64,000 bases of DNA from Thermohalobacter berrensis (lineage in GTDB: Bacteria; Bacillota; Clostridia; Tissierellales; Thermohalobacteraceae): contig NZ_MCIB01000036.1 in the NCBI RefSeq assembly GCF_003609645.1, positions 67,303 through 131,302 of the forward strand. The letters are read 5' to 3'. The notes under the pieces are model-generated. The model was not told where the DNA came from. It was given only the letters and a program-made list of their open reading frames with translations, and made no database searches. Shown here piece by piece: positions 1-10,146 of the stretch (position 1 is the stretch's first letter; the number at the start of each line of letters is the position of its first letter). The position numbers and the translations under genes were made by a program.

Positions 1-459
1 GAAGAAACAACAGCAAATATTGGCATTATTCAAGGAGGAGAAGCTACTAACGTTGTTACTCCAGAGGTGCATATTAAAGGGGAGGCAAGGAGTCTTAAGG
101 AAGATAAACTAAGTGCACAAACTAATCACATGATTAAGGCTTTAAAAGAGTCAGCTGAATACTTTGGAGGTAAAGTAGAAATAGATGCTGAAAGGGTATA
201 TCCAGCTTTTACTATTGATGAAAATGATGAAATTATTATTAAAGTTAAGGAAGCTATGAGTAGAATTGGCATTAAAGGATATACAAAAGCTACTGGTGGT
301 GGTAGTGATACAAATATTTTTAATGGAAATGGAATTAAATCTGTAAACTTGGGAATTGGTGAAAAGAAACCACATACACTAGAAGAACATATTTCTATTA
401 TCGACCTTGTAAATAGTGCTAAAATGGTGTATGAAATTATTAAAGTTTTTGGTGAATAA
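1..459 (+). CDS. M20-family metallopeptidase (peptidase T/ArgE-like), C-terminal portion; 5' end lies outside the window
   Basis: The frame is open from nt 1 with no stop until 459. Motifs GGEATNVVTPEV and GGGSDTNIF...HTLEEHISI are typical of M20 catalytic/dimerisation regions. Confidence 0.6.
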   Translation, partial: EETTANIGIIQGGEATNVVTPEVHIKGEARSLKEDKLSAQTNHMIKALKESAEYFGGKVEIDAERVYPAFTIDENDEIIIKVKEAMSRIGIKGYTKATGGGSDTNIFNGNGIKSVNLGIGEKKPHTLEEHISIIDLVNSAKMVYEIIKVFGE

Positions 460-482
460 AAGATTAAATAAATACTTCTATG

Positions 483-528
483 AAGAAGGATGTTTACATC
501 GAAAGATGTTTGCACCCTTCTTTTTTTT
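483..528 (+). terminator. Rho-independent terminator after the peptidase gene
   Basis: GAAGAAGG...CCCTTCTT outer stem with a nested ACATC-GAAA-GATGT hairpin, then T8. Confidence 0.5.
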
Positions 529-669
529 ATTGTTTTTTTCATGGTATAATATATAGAAATATTTTAATACAATGTTATTATAAAGACTAAATGTTAAAAT
601 ACCTTAATTATATTAGAAATATTAATTATTAAATTGTATTTTTCTTTTAATTTAAAATGGGGTGGTATC

Positions 670-1236
670 TTGGACCGTTATAAAATAGTAGTTGCTGATA
701 GTAGTGAAACCTCAAGAAAAAAGATAAAGGGAATATTAGCTAAAAGGGGTTATAAAGTATATGAAGCCAGTGATGGTGCTGGCGCTATAAGACTAACAAG
801 AAGCACAAAACCAGATTTAGTGCTTATAGATACAAATATATGGGGAATTAGTAGCTATGATGCTGCAGAAATAATAGAAAAAGATAACCTAGCAACTGTA
901 GTTTTTATTACTTCTAATCCAAATAAGGCATTTATAGATACTATAAAGAATATGAGTTTATTTGCATATATAACAAAGCCCATAAAGCCAGAACAACTAT
1001 ACCAAATAATTGACTTTGCACTTTTTAATTCTAGTAAAATAAAAAATCTTCAAAGTAGAGTAGAGAAACTAGAAACAAAACTTTCAGGGAGGAAGTTGAT
1101 TGATAGAGCTAAGGGAATAATTATGGAAAAATTTGATATGACAGAAAATGAAGCCTATAAGTTTTTGCGGAAAAAAAGTATGGATAACTGTAAACCTATG
1201 GAGGAAGTTGCAAAGGAAATTATTAATAATGATTAG
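670..1236 (+). CDS. Orphan response regulator with CheY-like receiver and C-terminal ANTAR RNA-binding domain (AmiR/NasR/PdtaR-like)
   Basis: Receiver motifs are present (conserved Asp in LVLIDTN, and ITKP). The C-terminus KLIDRAKGIIMEKFDMTENEAYKFLRKKSMDNCKPMEEVAKEII matches the ANTAR fold. The probable start is TTG 670, 6 nt after GGGGTGG; the ORF-track ATG at 634 has no SD. No kinase gene is adjacent. Confidence 0.75.
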   Translation: MDRYKIVVADSSETSRKKIKGILAKRGYKVYEASDGAGAIRLTRSTKPDLVLIDTNIWGISSYDAAEIIEKDNLATVVFITSNPNKAFIDTIKNMSLFAYITKPIKPEQLYQIIDFALFNSSKIKNLQSRVEKLETKLSGRKLIDRAKGIIMEKFDMTENEAYKFLRKKSMDNCKPMEEVAKEIINND

Positions 1237-1270
1237 ATAATATAAGGCAGCCTAAATGGCTGCCTTAAGT

Positions 1271-4200
1271 TTATTTTACAGGTATTAATATTTTTTGACC
1301 AGGAAATATTAAGTTTGGATTTTCTAACTTATTAAAGTTAGCTATTTTTTGCCATGTTAGACCAAACTTATTAGCGATTTTCCATAATACATCATTTGGT
1401 CTTACAATATATATTTCAGTTACTGGTTTAGTTTCTTCTTCATAAACTTTAACTCTACCATCTATTTTGGCACCTTCAGTTCCATATTTTTTAATGTAAT
1501 TCATTACAACTTCATCAAGTCCTGGGTATTCAGCTACTATTTTATCATCTTTAAACATAGTATAGTTATCTCCACCAGCTGCAAGGAAGTCATTAGTAGC
1601 AACTTTATACGTTTTATCAGGGTTAATTGGTTTTCCATCTATTTTTACTTCTACTATTCTATTTCCTGCTTCTTTTGAAGGGTCAAATACAAATTCCATA
1701 CCTGCAACATGAGGGAATGCACCTAGAGTTTCTGGATATGCTGATATACCATGTTCTAAAGCTGCTATTATATCAGAGCCTTTCATTTCTTTTACTACTA
1801 CATAGTTTCCAAATGGTAATACAGTTATAATATCCCCCTTGGTAATTTTACCTGGTTCTATTGATGCTCTAATACCTCCACCATTAGTAAGGGCAACATC
1901 TGCACCGGATACTTCAAGCATAGCATCAGCAATAAGGTTTCCAAGATTAGTTTCACCGGTTCTAACAAATTGTCTTTCACCAATTAGTTTTTTATTGGTT
2001 TCACCAATTACTACTGAAAGAATTTTGTTATTTTCTTCTTTTATTGAAGTTACTACAGATAATATATCTTTATCCTCTTCTAAATCTTTAGCATCGGCTT
2101 TAGTAAATAATTTAGCTGATTTATATACTATCTTTCCATCTTCATAGACTAGATTTACTATACCTAAGTTTTTATCATATTCTCCAGTCTGTACGATTAG
2201 TGTATCATTTACCAGTTTGCCATTTGGAAGGGAAGTATGGCTATGACCGTCTACAATAATATCTATTCCATCAACTTTACTTGCTACAAGTTCACTAGTA
2301 TATTTAGAAGACTTATCTAAACCTAAGTGACTTAATGCTACTACTATATCTACTTTATCCTTAAGTTCTTGAACCATTTCTTCAGCAGCCTTAACTGGGT
2401 CAGTAAACTTCAATCCTTTTACATTATTAGGATGTGTTTTATAAGTAGTTTCTGGTGTAGCAAGACCAAAGATTCCAACCTTAACACCATTTAATTCTTT
2501 TATTGTATATGGTTTTAAGAATTTACTTCCATCTTCTTTTTCAATATTTGCAGCCACTATAGGGAATTTAGCTTTATTTGATAATTCAGTAAGCCTTTCT
2601 TGCCCATAATTAAAATCATGATTTCCAGGAACCATTGCATCGTATCCAATACTATTCAGTATTTCTATAATACTTTCTCCCCTTGAAAGGGAAGCTATAG
2701 TTTGACCATGTAATGTATCTCCTGCATCAAGAAGTAATAGGTTTGGAGTTTTCTTTTTTAATTCTTTCACTTTTGTAGCTATTTTTGCAAATCCCATACC
2801 AGCATATTTACCTTCTTCAACCCTCGCATGGGTATCATTAGTGTGTGCTATTGTAATAGGAGTAGCTTTTATGTTATTCTCTTCAAGGATTTCTTGAGGA
2901 ATTTTTCCTTCAGCAATTAGTTCATATACATTTAGTGACCTTACATTTGGAGTTCTTCCATCTTTAGAAGTAGGTATTTTCAATTTACCAGAATTAACCA
3001 TATCAATTATTTCATCTCTTAATGGATGGTTCAAATCTGCACCTACAATTTCCCAATTATTATCTACTTCTGGTTCTATTGTTCCCTTTTCTTTTATATA
3101 TTCTGCAATATAACTTCTTAATGAAACTGGGTCTGATTTAAAGTAAGGCTCATTACTGATAATACCTAGGCTCTTTAGTCCACCATATCTATAGTTATTA
3201 ATTGCTAACTTAAATACTTGGTCATCTTTTACAGCCTTACCATTAAATTTTAAATCAACTATTCTTTGACCAGCAGGCTTTGAAATATCTATTTTGTATT
3301 CAACACCTGCAAACATATCATAATTATATCCTCTAATCTCTGGATTAAAGCTTATTGTTACATCTCCAGGTTTATATGTGTTAAAGTAAGCTGCTGACCA
3401 TTCCATATAATCTTTTAATTCTTTTCCTGTAACCTCTACTGCATAAAGGGTATTAGGATATTTATATATATCAAAGATATCCTTATATGTTACATCACCT
3501 TTTTCAATATTTGAGGAAGACTTAAATAGTGCGGCAGCAGATATATCTGCACCTGTGTATTTTAATTGTACATTATTTATTAAATCTATTACTGCTGTAT
3601 CCCTTACTTGAGCTTCGGGAATACCCTCAATTTCAGCCTTAGGATGGAAATCTCCTGTTGAGGTTCCAATTGGGTCTTTTAAAAATTCTAATGTGGATTC
3701 ATGATACTTTTTAGCATAATCCTTTAATTCAAGTGATGCTTCTACACCTTTAGTCTCAATAAGTTCAACTTTTTTATCAACTACAGTCCAGGAATCTCCA
3801 CTTTTCTTAAGGGTTAAATCAAATCTTACCACTTGATGTCCCTTATCATCTGCAGCCCCAACAGCAGTACCATTCATTATTTCAGCAATTTCCATATGGT
3901 CATGACCTATTAAAATAGCTTCTATTTCAGGAACTTCATTTATTACGTTTTTTACTGCATCTCCACCTGTAGGATGATGTCTTCCTTCAAGGCCTGCATG
4001 GGCAGTAGCTATTATTATGTCAACGTTTTCTTCCTCTTTAAGAATTTTTGCATATTTTTTGGCTTCTTCAGCCATTGGTTTAAATTCAAGACTGGTTACC
4101 TTTGGTCCATCCCATTGAGGGATATTTGGTGTGGTAAGTCCAATAATACCTACCTTTACTCCACCTATTTCTTTAACTAAATAAGGTTTAACAAAGTTTG

Positions 4201-4678
4201 AACCATCTTCTTTATTGTAAATATTGGCAGAAAGAATAGGGAAATTAGCTTCTTTAACCATCTTATGTATTAAATCTAGCCCAAAGTTAAATTCGTGGTT
4301 ACCAAGTGTCATTGCATCATAACCCATGAAATTCATAACATCCATCATTGGGTTAGGCTTATCAAGGTTTAAGTTATATAAGTCATCTGTCAAAACTGTT
4401 CCTTGGATAGTGTCTCCATTATCTAGTAATAGTGTATTAGGATTTTCTTTTCTAACTTGTTTTACTATTGTGTAAACCTTTGCAAGTCCTACATCATCAT
4501 CTTCAGCACCATCTTCATAACTCCAATCATATATATTACCGTGAATATCAGTAGTTCCTAAAACTGTTATTTTTACTGTTTCAGTTTCTTCAGCTGAGAC
4601 CAAGTTAAGTGGTACAATAATGGAAATCACCATAATTATAGCTAAGAAAAGACTTAGCTTTTTAGAGTTTTTTAACAT
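1271..4678 (-). CDS. Secreted bifunctional 2',3'-cyclic-nucleotide 2'-phosphodiesterase/3'-nucleotidase + 5'-nucleotidase (YfkN-like) with C-terminal LysM anchor
   Basis: N-terminal signal peptide. Two metallophosphatase (GDxHG/GNHEFN) plus 5'-nucleotidase C-domain repeats. Last ~45 aa (YIVRPNDVLWKIANKFG...FPGQKILIP) form a LysM domain. Confidence 0.8.
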   Translation of the reverse strand: MLKNSKKLSLFLAIIMVISIIVPLNLVSAEETETVKITVLGTTDIHGNIYDWSYEDGAEDDDVGLAKVYTIVKQVRKENPNTLLLDNGDTIQGTVLTDDLYNLNLDKPNPMMDVMNFMGYDAMTLGNHEFNFGLDLIHKMVKEANFPILSANIYNKEDGSNFVKPYLVKEIGGVKVGIIGLTTPNIPQWDGPKVTSLEFKPMAEEAKKYAKILKEEENVDIIIATAHAGLEGRHHPTGGDAVKNVINEVPEIEAILIGHDHMEIAEIMNGTAVGAADDKGHQVVRFDLTLKKSGDSWTVVDKKVELIETKGVEASLELKDYAKKYHESTLEFLKDPIGTSTGDFHPKAEIEGIPEAQVRDTAVIDLINNVQLKYTGADISAAALFKSSSNIEKGDVTYKDIFDIYKYPNTLYAVEVTGKELKDYMEWSAAYFNTYKPGDVTISFNPEIRGYNYDMFAGVEYKIDISKPAGQRIVDLKFNGKAVKDDQVFKLAINNYRYGGLKSLGIISNEPYFKSDPVSLRSYIAEYIKEKGTIEPEVDNNWEIVGADLNHPLRDEIIDMVNSGKLKIPTSKDGRTPNVRSLNVYELIAEGKIPQEILEENNIKATPITIAHTNDTHARVEEGKYAGMGFAKIATKVKELKKKTPNLLLLDAGDTLHGQTIASLSRGESIIEILNSIGYDAMVPGNHDFNYGQERLTELSNKAKFPIVAANIEKEDGSKFLKPYTIKELNGVKVGIFGLATPETTYKTHPNNVKGLKFTDPVKAAEEMVQELKDKVDIVVALSHLGLDKSSKYTSELVASKVDGIDIIVDGHSHTSLPNGKLVNDTLIVQTGEYDKNLGIVNLVYEDGKIVYKSAKLFTKADAKDLEEDKDILSVVTSIKEENNKILSVVIGETNKKLIGERQFVRTGETNLGNLIADAMLEVSGADVALTNGGGIRASIEPGKITKGDIITVLPFGNYVVVKEMKGSDIIAALEHGISAYPETLGAFPHVAGMEFVFDPSKEAGNRIVEVKIDGKPINPDKTYKVATNDFLAAGGDNYTMFKDDKIVAEYPGLDEVVMNYIKKYGTEGAKIDGRVKVYEEETKPVTEIYIVRPNDVLWKIANKFGLTWQKIANFNKLENPNLIFPGQKILIPVK

Positions 4679-4895
4679 TTTCCATCCCCCTTTTTAGTTT
4701 TATTGAAAAAATACCCTATATTTCAAATATATACCTCTAAAATATAAAATAAAACAAAAATTAGTAAAAATTATACTTTCTTAAAACTGAAAATTAAGTT
4801 TTTAGATGTATAAAATATATTGGATATTTTAGTTAAAATATACTATTTAGTAAATAGATGAAATATAGTATAATTTCACTAGGGAGGAGTATAAT

Positions 4896-5495
4896 ATGTT
4901 TTCAAAAAATATTGAACTAGACTATGACATAGTAGTAAAAAATAAAGTACCTATATTAATACAAGATAAATCTTGGAAAAAGCTTTTTGGAGATGTTCAG
5001 GAAAAGGAAATAGTTAAATATAAAGAACAATTGAAAAGCCTAATAAAAGAAGAAATAGAAATAGAAAGAAAGCTTAACCAAGCTAATTCTAAAAAGAAAA
5101 GAATAATGGCAAAAATATTAAACACTTCTAATGAAATAAATAATAGGAATAATAAGAATAGTGTAAATAAACTTGATATTTTAAAGGAAGAAATCCATAA
5201 TTTAAACGATGAAATAGACGAATTAACCTTTAGATTAGAAGTTCTACCAAGGGAGATTAGAATAACAAATTACAACTTATTGTTAGCTACAGTAAAATAT
5301 GCATATAAAGAGTTAAAAATGGATCATAAAAAACTTGAAACAGCAAATGAAAAAATAGAAATACTAAGAAATCAACTAAGGGAACTTATAGAAGAAAAAC
5401 ACGAACATGAAGAAAAAATTAGTAATACTTATAGCTTTTTGCATGGAATATTAGGAAGCAAAGTAATGGAACAGTTAGATAAGCAGATGCTTTAA
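4896..5495 (+). CDS. Hypothetical coiled-coil protein
   Basis: Good SD (GGGAGGAG) 8 nt upstream. Heptad-rich K/E/L sequence; no recognisable catalytic motif. Confidence 0.5.
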   Translation: MFSKNIELDYDIVVKNKVPILIQDKSWKKLFGDVQEKEIVKYKEQLKSLIKEEIEIERKLNQANSKKKRIMAKILNTSNEINNRNNKNSVNKLDILKEEIHNLNDEIDELTFRLEVLPREIRITNYNLLLATVKYAYKELKMDHKKLETANEKIEILRNQLRELIEEKHEHEEKISNTYSFLHGILGSKVMEQLDKQML

Positions 5496-5555
5496 TAAAA
5501 TAGATTTTATGGTAAAATATAGTTATAAGTTAGTAAGTTATGAGAGGTAGATACA

Positions 5556-5822
5556 ATGAATATAAAGACTATTATGTTTATAGCACTTATTTTTAGCGGA
5601 CTAGAGATTTTTTTGAATATATTTACAATGCTTATACAAAAAATAGCATCTTTATTTAAGAAAGACTATAAGCTTAATCAAAAAGGAAAGGATGCTATAA
5701 AATTATTTGTTGTAGCAATATTCATGATATCAGTAATATATTTTTTAATTCAATTAGTAAAAATTCTTGCAATGTGGTTTGGAATTCCACTTGATAAAAG
5801 TATTTTAGATATTTTTAGATAG
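5556..5822 (+). CDS. Small membrane protein (two predicted TM helices), hypothetical
   Basis: SD GAGAGG upstream. Hydrophobic segments FIALIFSGLEIFLNIF and LFVVAIFMISVIYFLIQL. Confidence 0.4.
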   Translation: MNIKTIMFIALIFSGLEIFLNIFTMLIQKIASLFKKDYKLNQKGKDAIKLFVVAIFMISVIYFLIQLVKILAMWFGIPLDKSILDIFR

Positions 5823-5879
5823 ATATATGCTTAAATAAATCTACATATTTATGATATTTGTAATATACAAAAGTTTAAA

Positions 5880-5901
5880 AGCTGCTAACACAGCTTTTTT
5901 A
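5880..5901 (+). terminator. Weak intrinsic terminator
   Basis: AGCTG-ctaaca-CAGCT followed by T6. Confidence 0.35.
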
Positions 5902-6067
5902 TTTTATAACAAAGTATGTTTGTCATAGTATTATAATGTCAAGGATGAAGTAATATAAATATAATTAAAATTTATTGATATATGTAATGGATTAGTAATA
6001 TGAAAAAAGATAATACAGTTTGTTATAATAATTAATGAATACAGTATGAGGAAAAAGAGGTGCCTAA

Positions 6068-7345
6068 ATGATTAGAGGAAATGGAGTAGATATAGTAAAA
6101 ATAGATAGAATAAAAAAAATCATAGATAAAGGAAAAGGTTTTATTGAGAGGATATATAGTGATAGAGAAAAGAAATATTTAGAAAAAAGACAGTATAATA
6201 TTAAAACTATTGCGGGATTATTTGCAGCGAAAGAAGCTGTAAGTAAAGTTTTAGGTACTGGTATTAGAGGATTTAGCTTTAAGGATATTGAAGTAATACA
6301 TGATGAATTAGGTAAACCCTATATTAAGTTAAAGGGAAAAGCTTACGAATATGCTTTAAATAAAGGAATAAAGAATATACATATATCTATTAGCCATGAT
6401 ACCGATTATGCCATAGCATTTGCCCTAGCAGAAGGAATCGAAAATAAAGAATGTTTTAATAAAACTACTATTGATATTTTAAATAAGGGGAAAATATCAA
6501 ACATAATACCACAAAGAAAAAAAGAAAGCCATAAAGGAACATATGGGAGAGTAGCTGTTATTGCAGGCAGCATTGGAATGAGTGGAGCAGCTTATCTTAC
6601 TTCTATGGCTGCTTTAAAAAGTGGAAGTGGTTTAGTATATTCATTGGTTCCCAAATCTATAAGTCACATTTTAGAATTAAAGGCTACAGAGGTTATAGTT
6701 AAGCCACTACATGATAATAATACAGGACATTTATTAAAAGAAAATTTTTATAAAATAGATAATTTTGTTGAGAATATGGATGTAATTGCAGTTGGTCCAG
6801 GCTTAGGTGTTGATAATGAGAGGATTGAATTAATAAGAAATTTACTTTTAACAACAGATAAACCAATTGTTCTTGATGCAGATGGAATTAATTGTGTTTC
6901 AAAGGATAAAAATATATTAAAGAAAAGAAAAGGAATTACTGTAATTACTCCACATCCTGGTGAGCTTTCAAGATTACTTGATAAAAGTATAGATGATATA
7001 CAGTCTGATAGGATAAATTATGCTAAATATACTTCAGAAGAATATGGAGTTATTACTGTATTAAAGGGGAATAATACTATTGTAACTAATCCTAAGGGTG
7101 AACTTTATATAAATCCAACTGGAAATCCAGGTATGGCTACAGCAGGTAGTGGAGATGTTTTAACAGGGGTAATAACTAGTTTTATAGGACAGGGGATAGA
7201 ATCCATGGATGCAGCAATAGCTGGAGTGTTCATACATGGGTTAGCTGGAGATTTGGCATCTAAAATTAAAGGTGAATATGGAATTACTGCAACAGATATT
7301 TTAGAAAATATACCCTATAGCATAAAGAGTATATTTGAGGAATAA
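6068..7345 (+). CDS. acpS: In-frame fusion of holo-ACP synthase (AcpS, residues ~1-125) to ADP-dependent NAD(P)H-hydrate dehydratase (Nnr/YjeF C-terminal domain, residues ~150-425)
   Basis: The N-terminus GVDIVKIDRI...FAAKEAVSKVLGTG...ISISHD is classic AcpS. Downstream, HKGTYGRVAVIAGSIGMSGAAYL...GSGDVLTGV are YjeF-C/carbohydrate-kinase motifs. The frame is continuous with no stop. Confidence 0.8.
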   Translation: MIRGNGVDIVKIDRIKKIIDKGKGFIERIYSDREKKYLEKRQYNIKTIAGLFAAKEAVSKVLGTGIRGFSFKDIEVIHDELGKPYIKLKGKAYEYALNKGIKNIHISISHDTDYAIAFALAEGIENKECFNKTTIDILNKGKISNIIPQRKKESHKGTYGRVAVIAGSIGMSGAAYLTSMAALKSGSGLVYSLVPKSISHILELKATEVIVKPLHDNNTGHLLKENFYKIDNFVENMDVIAVGPGLGVDNERIELIRNLLLTTDKPIVLDADGINCVSKDKNILKKRKGITVITPHPGELSRLLDKSIDDIQSDRINYAKYTSEEYGVITVLKGNNTIVTNPKGELYINPTGNPGMATAGSGDVLTGVITSFIGQGIESMDAAIAGVFIHGLAGDLASKIKGEYGITATDILENIPYSIKSIFEE

Positions 7346-7426
7346 ATATTTATAGATAAGACTCTTTTTTTAGCAATTGTAGTCAGAATTTTCGAAAAGT
7401 TGCGAGATTAGGGGGAAATCTCTATA

Positions 7427-8050
7427 ATGAAACATCTCTATTTGATAATTATAATTCTTTCACTAATATTTATTACTGGTTGTAAAGAACCAACTAATGA
7501 AGAAATTTTTTATGAAGTTCAAAAGACCTATAATGTATTAGAAACCTATAGTTGCACTGCAACTGTTAAAATAAAAGGAGAAGATATAAGGATATATAAA
7601 GCAAAGCATAAATTTAAAAGACCTAATAAGTATGTTATAGAAATAATTGAACCAGAAGAAAGTAAAGGTCACATAACGATATGTAACGGTAAACAGGTAT
7701 GGTTTTATCATCCCAAAATTGAAAAATCTATCCTCATAAGAGATCTTAAAGCTTCTCCTAAAGAAAATATGTTTATTGGATATTTTTTAAAGAATCTTTT
7801 TACGAATGAATATATTAGCTTAGAGTCCGAAAAAATAGGAGATTCTGAATATTTAATAATAACTACTGAAATGCCTGGAAATAGCAAGTATGGTAAATTT
7901 GAAAAACTATGGGTTAACAAGAAGAACTTTAATCCATTTAAGCTTGTAATTTTAAATGAAAATAAAGAAATTACAACTGAAGTAATCTATACAGATTACA
8001 AATCTAATATAAAATTGCCAGATAAAGTATTTAATATAGAGTCATATTAA
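7427..8050 (+). CDS. LolA-like sporulation lipoprotein (YdcC-like)
   Basis: Lipobox LIFITGC. Position between acpS and alr as in B. subtilis acpS–ydcC–alr. Confidence 0.6.
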   Translation: MKHLYLIIIILSLIFITGCKEPTNEEIFYEVQKTYNVLETYSCTATVKIKGEDIRIYKAKHKFKRPNKYVIEIIEPEESKGHITICNGKQVWFYHPKIEKSILIRDLKASPKENMFIGYFLKNLFTNEYISLESEKIGDSEYLIITTEMPGNSKYGKFEKLWVNKKNFNPFKLVILNENKEITTEVIYTDYKSNIKLPDKVFNIESY

Positions 8051-8084
8051 TTAAATATGATTATTAAACAAAGGGGGAAGTGGA

Positions 8085-9260
8085 ATGGATACTTTAGAAA
8101 AGGTAAGGCCTGTATGGGCTGAAATTAATCTGGACAACTTAATACATAATTTAAATGAAGTAAAAAGAATAGTAAAGGAAGGAACACTTATAACAGCAGT
8201 TGTAAAGGCAGACGCATATGGACATGGTTCTATTATGGCAGCAAAAACTTTTTTAGAAAATGGTGCTGACAGACTAGCTGTTGCTACTCTTTCAGAAGCC
8301 ATTGAGTTAAGAAATAATGGGATTAATGCTCCTATATTGATATTAGGGTATACCCCAACATCTCAAGCTGAAGAAGTAGTTAGTAACAATATTATACAGA
8401 CAGTTTATACCTTTGAGCATGCTAAAAAAATTTCAAAGGCTGCGAAAAAGTTAGATAAAACAGGGAAGATTCATATAAAAATTGATACAGGAATGAGTAG
8501 AATTGGTTTTAAACCAAATGAATCTACTATTAATGATATTATCAAGATAACTGAACTAGATAACATTGAGATTGAAGGGATTTTTTCACATTTTGCAGTA
8601 GCAGACGAAAAAGATAAAACTTTTACAGAAAAACAGTTTCAAAAGTTTAATTGGTTAGTGGAAAGTTTAGAAGATAAGGGAATAGTTATACCTATTAAAC
8701 ATATTTCAAATAGTGCTGCAACAATTGATTTACCAGATTACAATCTAAATATGGTAAGACCTGGTATAATGCTATATGGTTTATATCCATCAGATGAGGT
8801 CAATAAAGAAAAGGTAAAATTAAAACCTGCAATGACTTTAAAAACTCATATTTCACATGTTAAACAAGTTTCAGAAGGAACGGGAGTTAGCTATGGACTT
8901 ACCTTTACTACTGATAAAAAATCTACAATAGGAACTTTACCTATTGGATACGCAGATGGTTTTACGAGACTTCTTTCTAATAAAACAGAAGTGGCAATTA
9001 AAGGTAAAAGAGCACCAATTATTGGAAGAATCTGCATGGATCAATCTATGGTTGACTTAACTGATATAGAAAGAGTAAAACCAGGTGATGAAGTTATAAT
9101 TATGGGAGATGGAAAAGATAATAGTCCCCATATAGACGAAATAGCTAAAATATTAGGAACAATTAATTATGAAGTTGTATGCATGGTAAGTAGAAGAGTT
9201 CCAAGGGTATATATTAAAAATGATAAAATAGTATGTATAAAGGACTATTTATTGGAATAA
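8085..9260 (+). CDS. alr: Alanine racemase
   Basis: PLP-lysine motif VVKADAYGHG and full-length similarity to Alr; conserved synteny. Confidence 0.9.
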   Translation: MDTLEKVRPVWAEINLDNLIHNLNEVKRIVKEGTLITAVVKADAYGHGSIMAAKTFLENGADRLAVATLSEAIELRNNGINAPILILGYTPTSQAEEVVSNNIIQTVYTFEHAKKISKAAKKLDKTGKIHIKIDTGMSRIGFKPNESTINDIIKITELDNIEIEGIFSHFAVADEKDKTFTEKQFQKFNWLVESLEDKGIVIPIKHISNSAATIDLPDYNLNMVRPGIMLYGLYPSDEVNKEKVKLKPAMTLKTHISHVKQVSEGTGVSYGLTFTTDKKSTIGTLPIGYADGFTRLLSNKTEVAIKGKRAPIIGRICMDQSMVDLTDIERVKPGDEVIIMGDGKDNSPHIDEIAKILGTINYEVVCMVSRRVPRVYIKNDKIVCIKDYLLE

Positions 9261-9288
9261 TATAGATATTAGAAATAAGGTGACTTTT

Positions 9289-9323
9289 ATTGACAGGCTT
9301 ATAAAATGTAATATATAATCTTG
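9289..9323 (+). promoter_or_regulatory. Candidate sigma-A promoter upstream of mazEF
   Basis: TTGACA, ~17-18 nt spacer, then TATAAT/ATATAA. Confidence 0.4.
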
Positions 9324-9517
9324 TATATAGTGGCTTAATTAAGATAATATTAAATAATAAAAAGTCTTCTATTAAAGTAAAATATTTACAGGGTTGATTT
9401 TTTGAAACATATTATGGAAATTATATTTTTAATGGCGATATTTTAATAAATATAATTTCCTATATGTTATTTAATTTATTAAAATTATAAGTGACGCCTA
9501 AATCTGGAGGTGTACGA

Positions 9518-9793
9518 ATGGCCGAGCTAAAGAAAATAATGGTAAGTTTACCAGATAATTTATTAAGGGAAATAGACGGAATTATTGCTAAGGAAAAAAA
9601 GGATAGAAATGAATTTATAAGGGAGGCCATGAAACTGTATTTGAGAGAGAAAAAAAGGATACAGACATTAGAAAAAATGAAAAACGGCTATTTAGAAATG
9701 AGTGAAATTAATGCATCATTAGCTGAAATGGGGCTGGAGGAAGATACTAAAGAATTATCTGTATATGAAGCTAAGTTGACGGGAAGTGAATAA
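9518..9793 (+). CDS. ndoAI: RHH/CopG-family antitoxin (EndoAI/MazE-like)
   Basis: GGAGG 7 nt before ATG 9518. The N-terminus [16 protein letters not shown] is a ribbon-helix-helix. It sits immediately upstream of the MazF toxin. Confidence 0.75.
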   Translation: MAELKKIMVSLPDNLLREIDGIIAKEKKDRNEFIREAMKLYLREKKRIQTLEKMKNGYLEMSEINASLAEMGLEEDTKELSVYEAKLTGSE

Positions 9794-9795
9794 TA

Positions 9796-10146
9796 GTGAA
9801 AGTAAAAAGAGGAGATATATTTTATGCAGATTTAAGCCCCGTAATAGGCTCAGAGCAGGGTGGGGTAAGGCCTGTTCTAGTTATACAAAACGATATAGGC
9901 AACAAATATAGTCCAACAATTATTGTAGCTGCCATTACTTCACAGATTAATAAAGCAAAACTTCCAACTCATATAGAAATTAGTGCTAAAGATTATGGAC
10001 TTCCTAAAGATTCAGTAGTATTATTAGAGCAGATAAGGACTATTGATAAGAAGAGACTAAGAGAGAGAGTTGGACAGTTTGACGAGCAAATGATGAAAAA
10101 AGTGGATGAATGTCTAAAAATTAGTTTAGGACTTATAGAGTTTTAA
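9796..10146 (+). CDS. ndoA: MazF/PemK-family endoribonuclease toxin (EndoA)
   Basis: [29 protein letters not shown]... is near-identical in pattern to B. subtilis EndoA. Confidence 0.9.
   Translation: MKVKRGDIFYADLSPVIGSEQGGVRPVLVIQNDIGNKYSPTIIVAAITSQINKAKLPTHIEISAKDYGLPKDSVVLLEQIRTIDKKRLRERVGQFDEQMMKKVDECLKISLGLIEF

Noticed and set aside
126-542. Antisense ORFs 126-542 and 151-375 overlapping the M20 peptidase fragment
   Set aside because: These are AT-rich antisense artefacts inside a well-supported coding frame.
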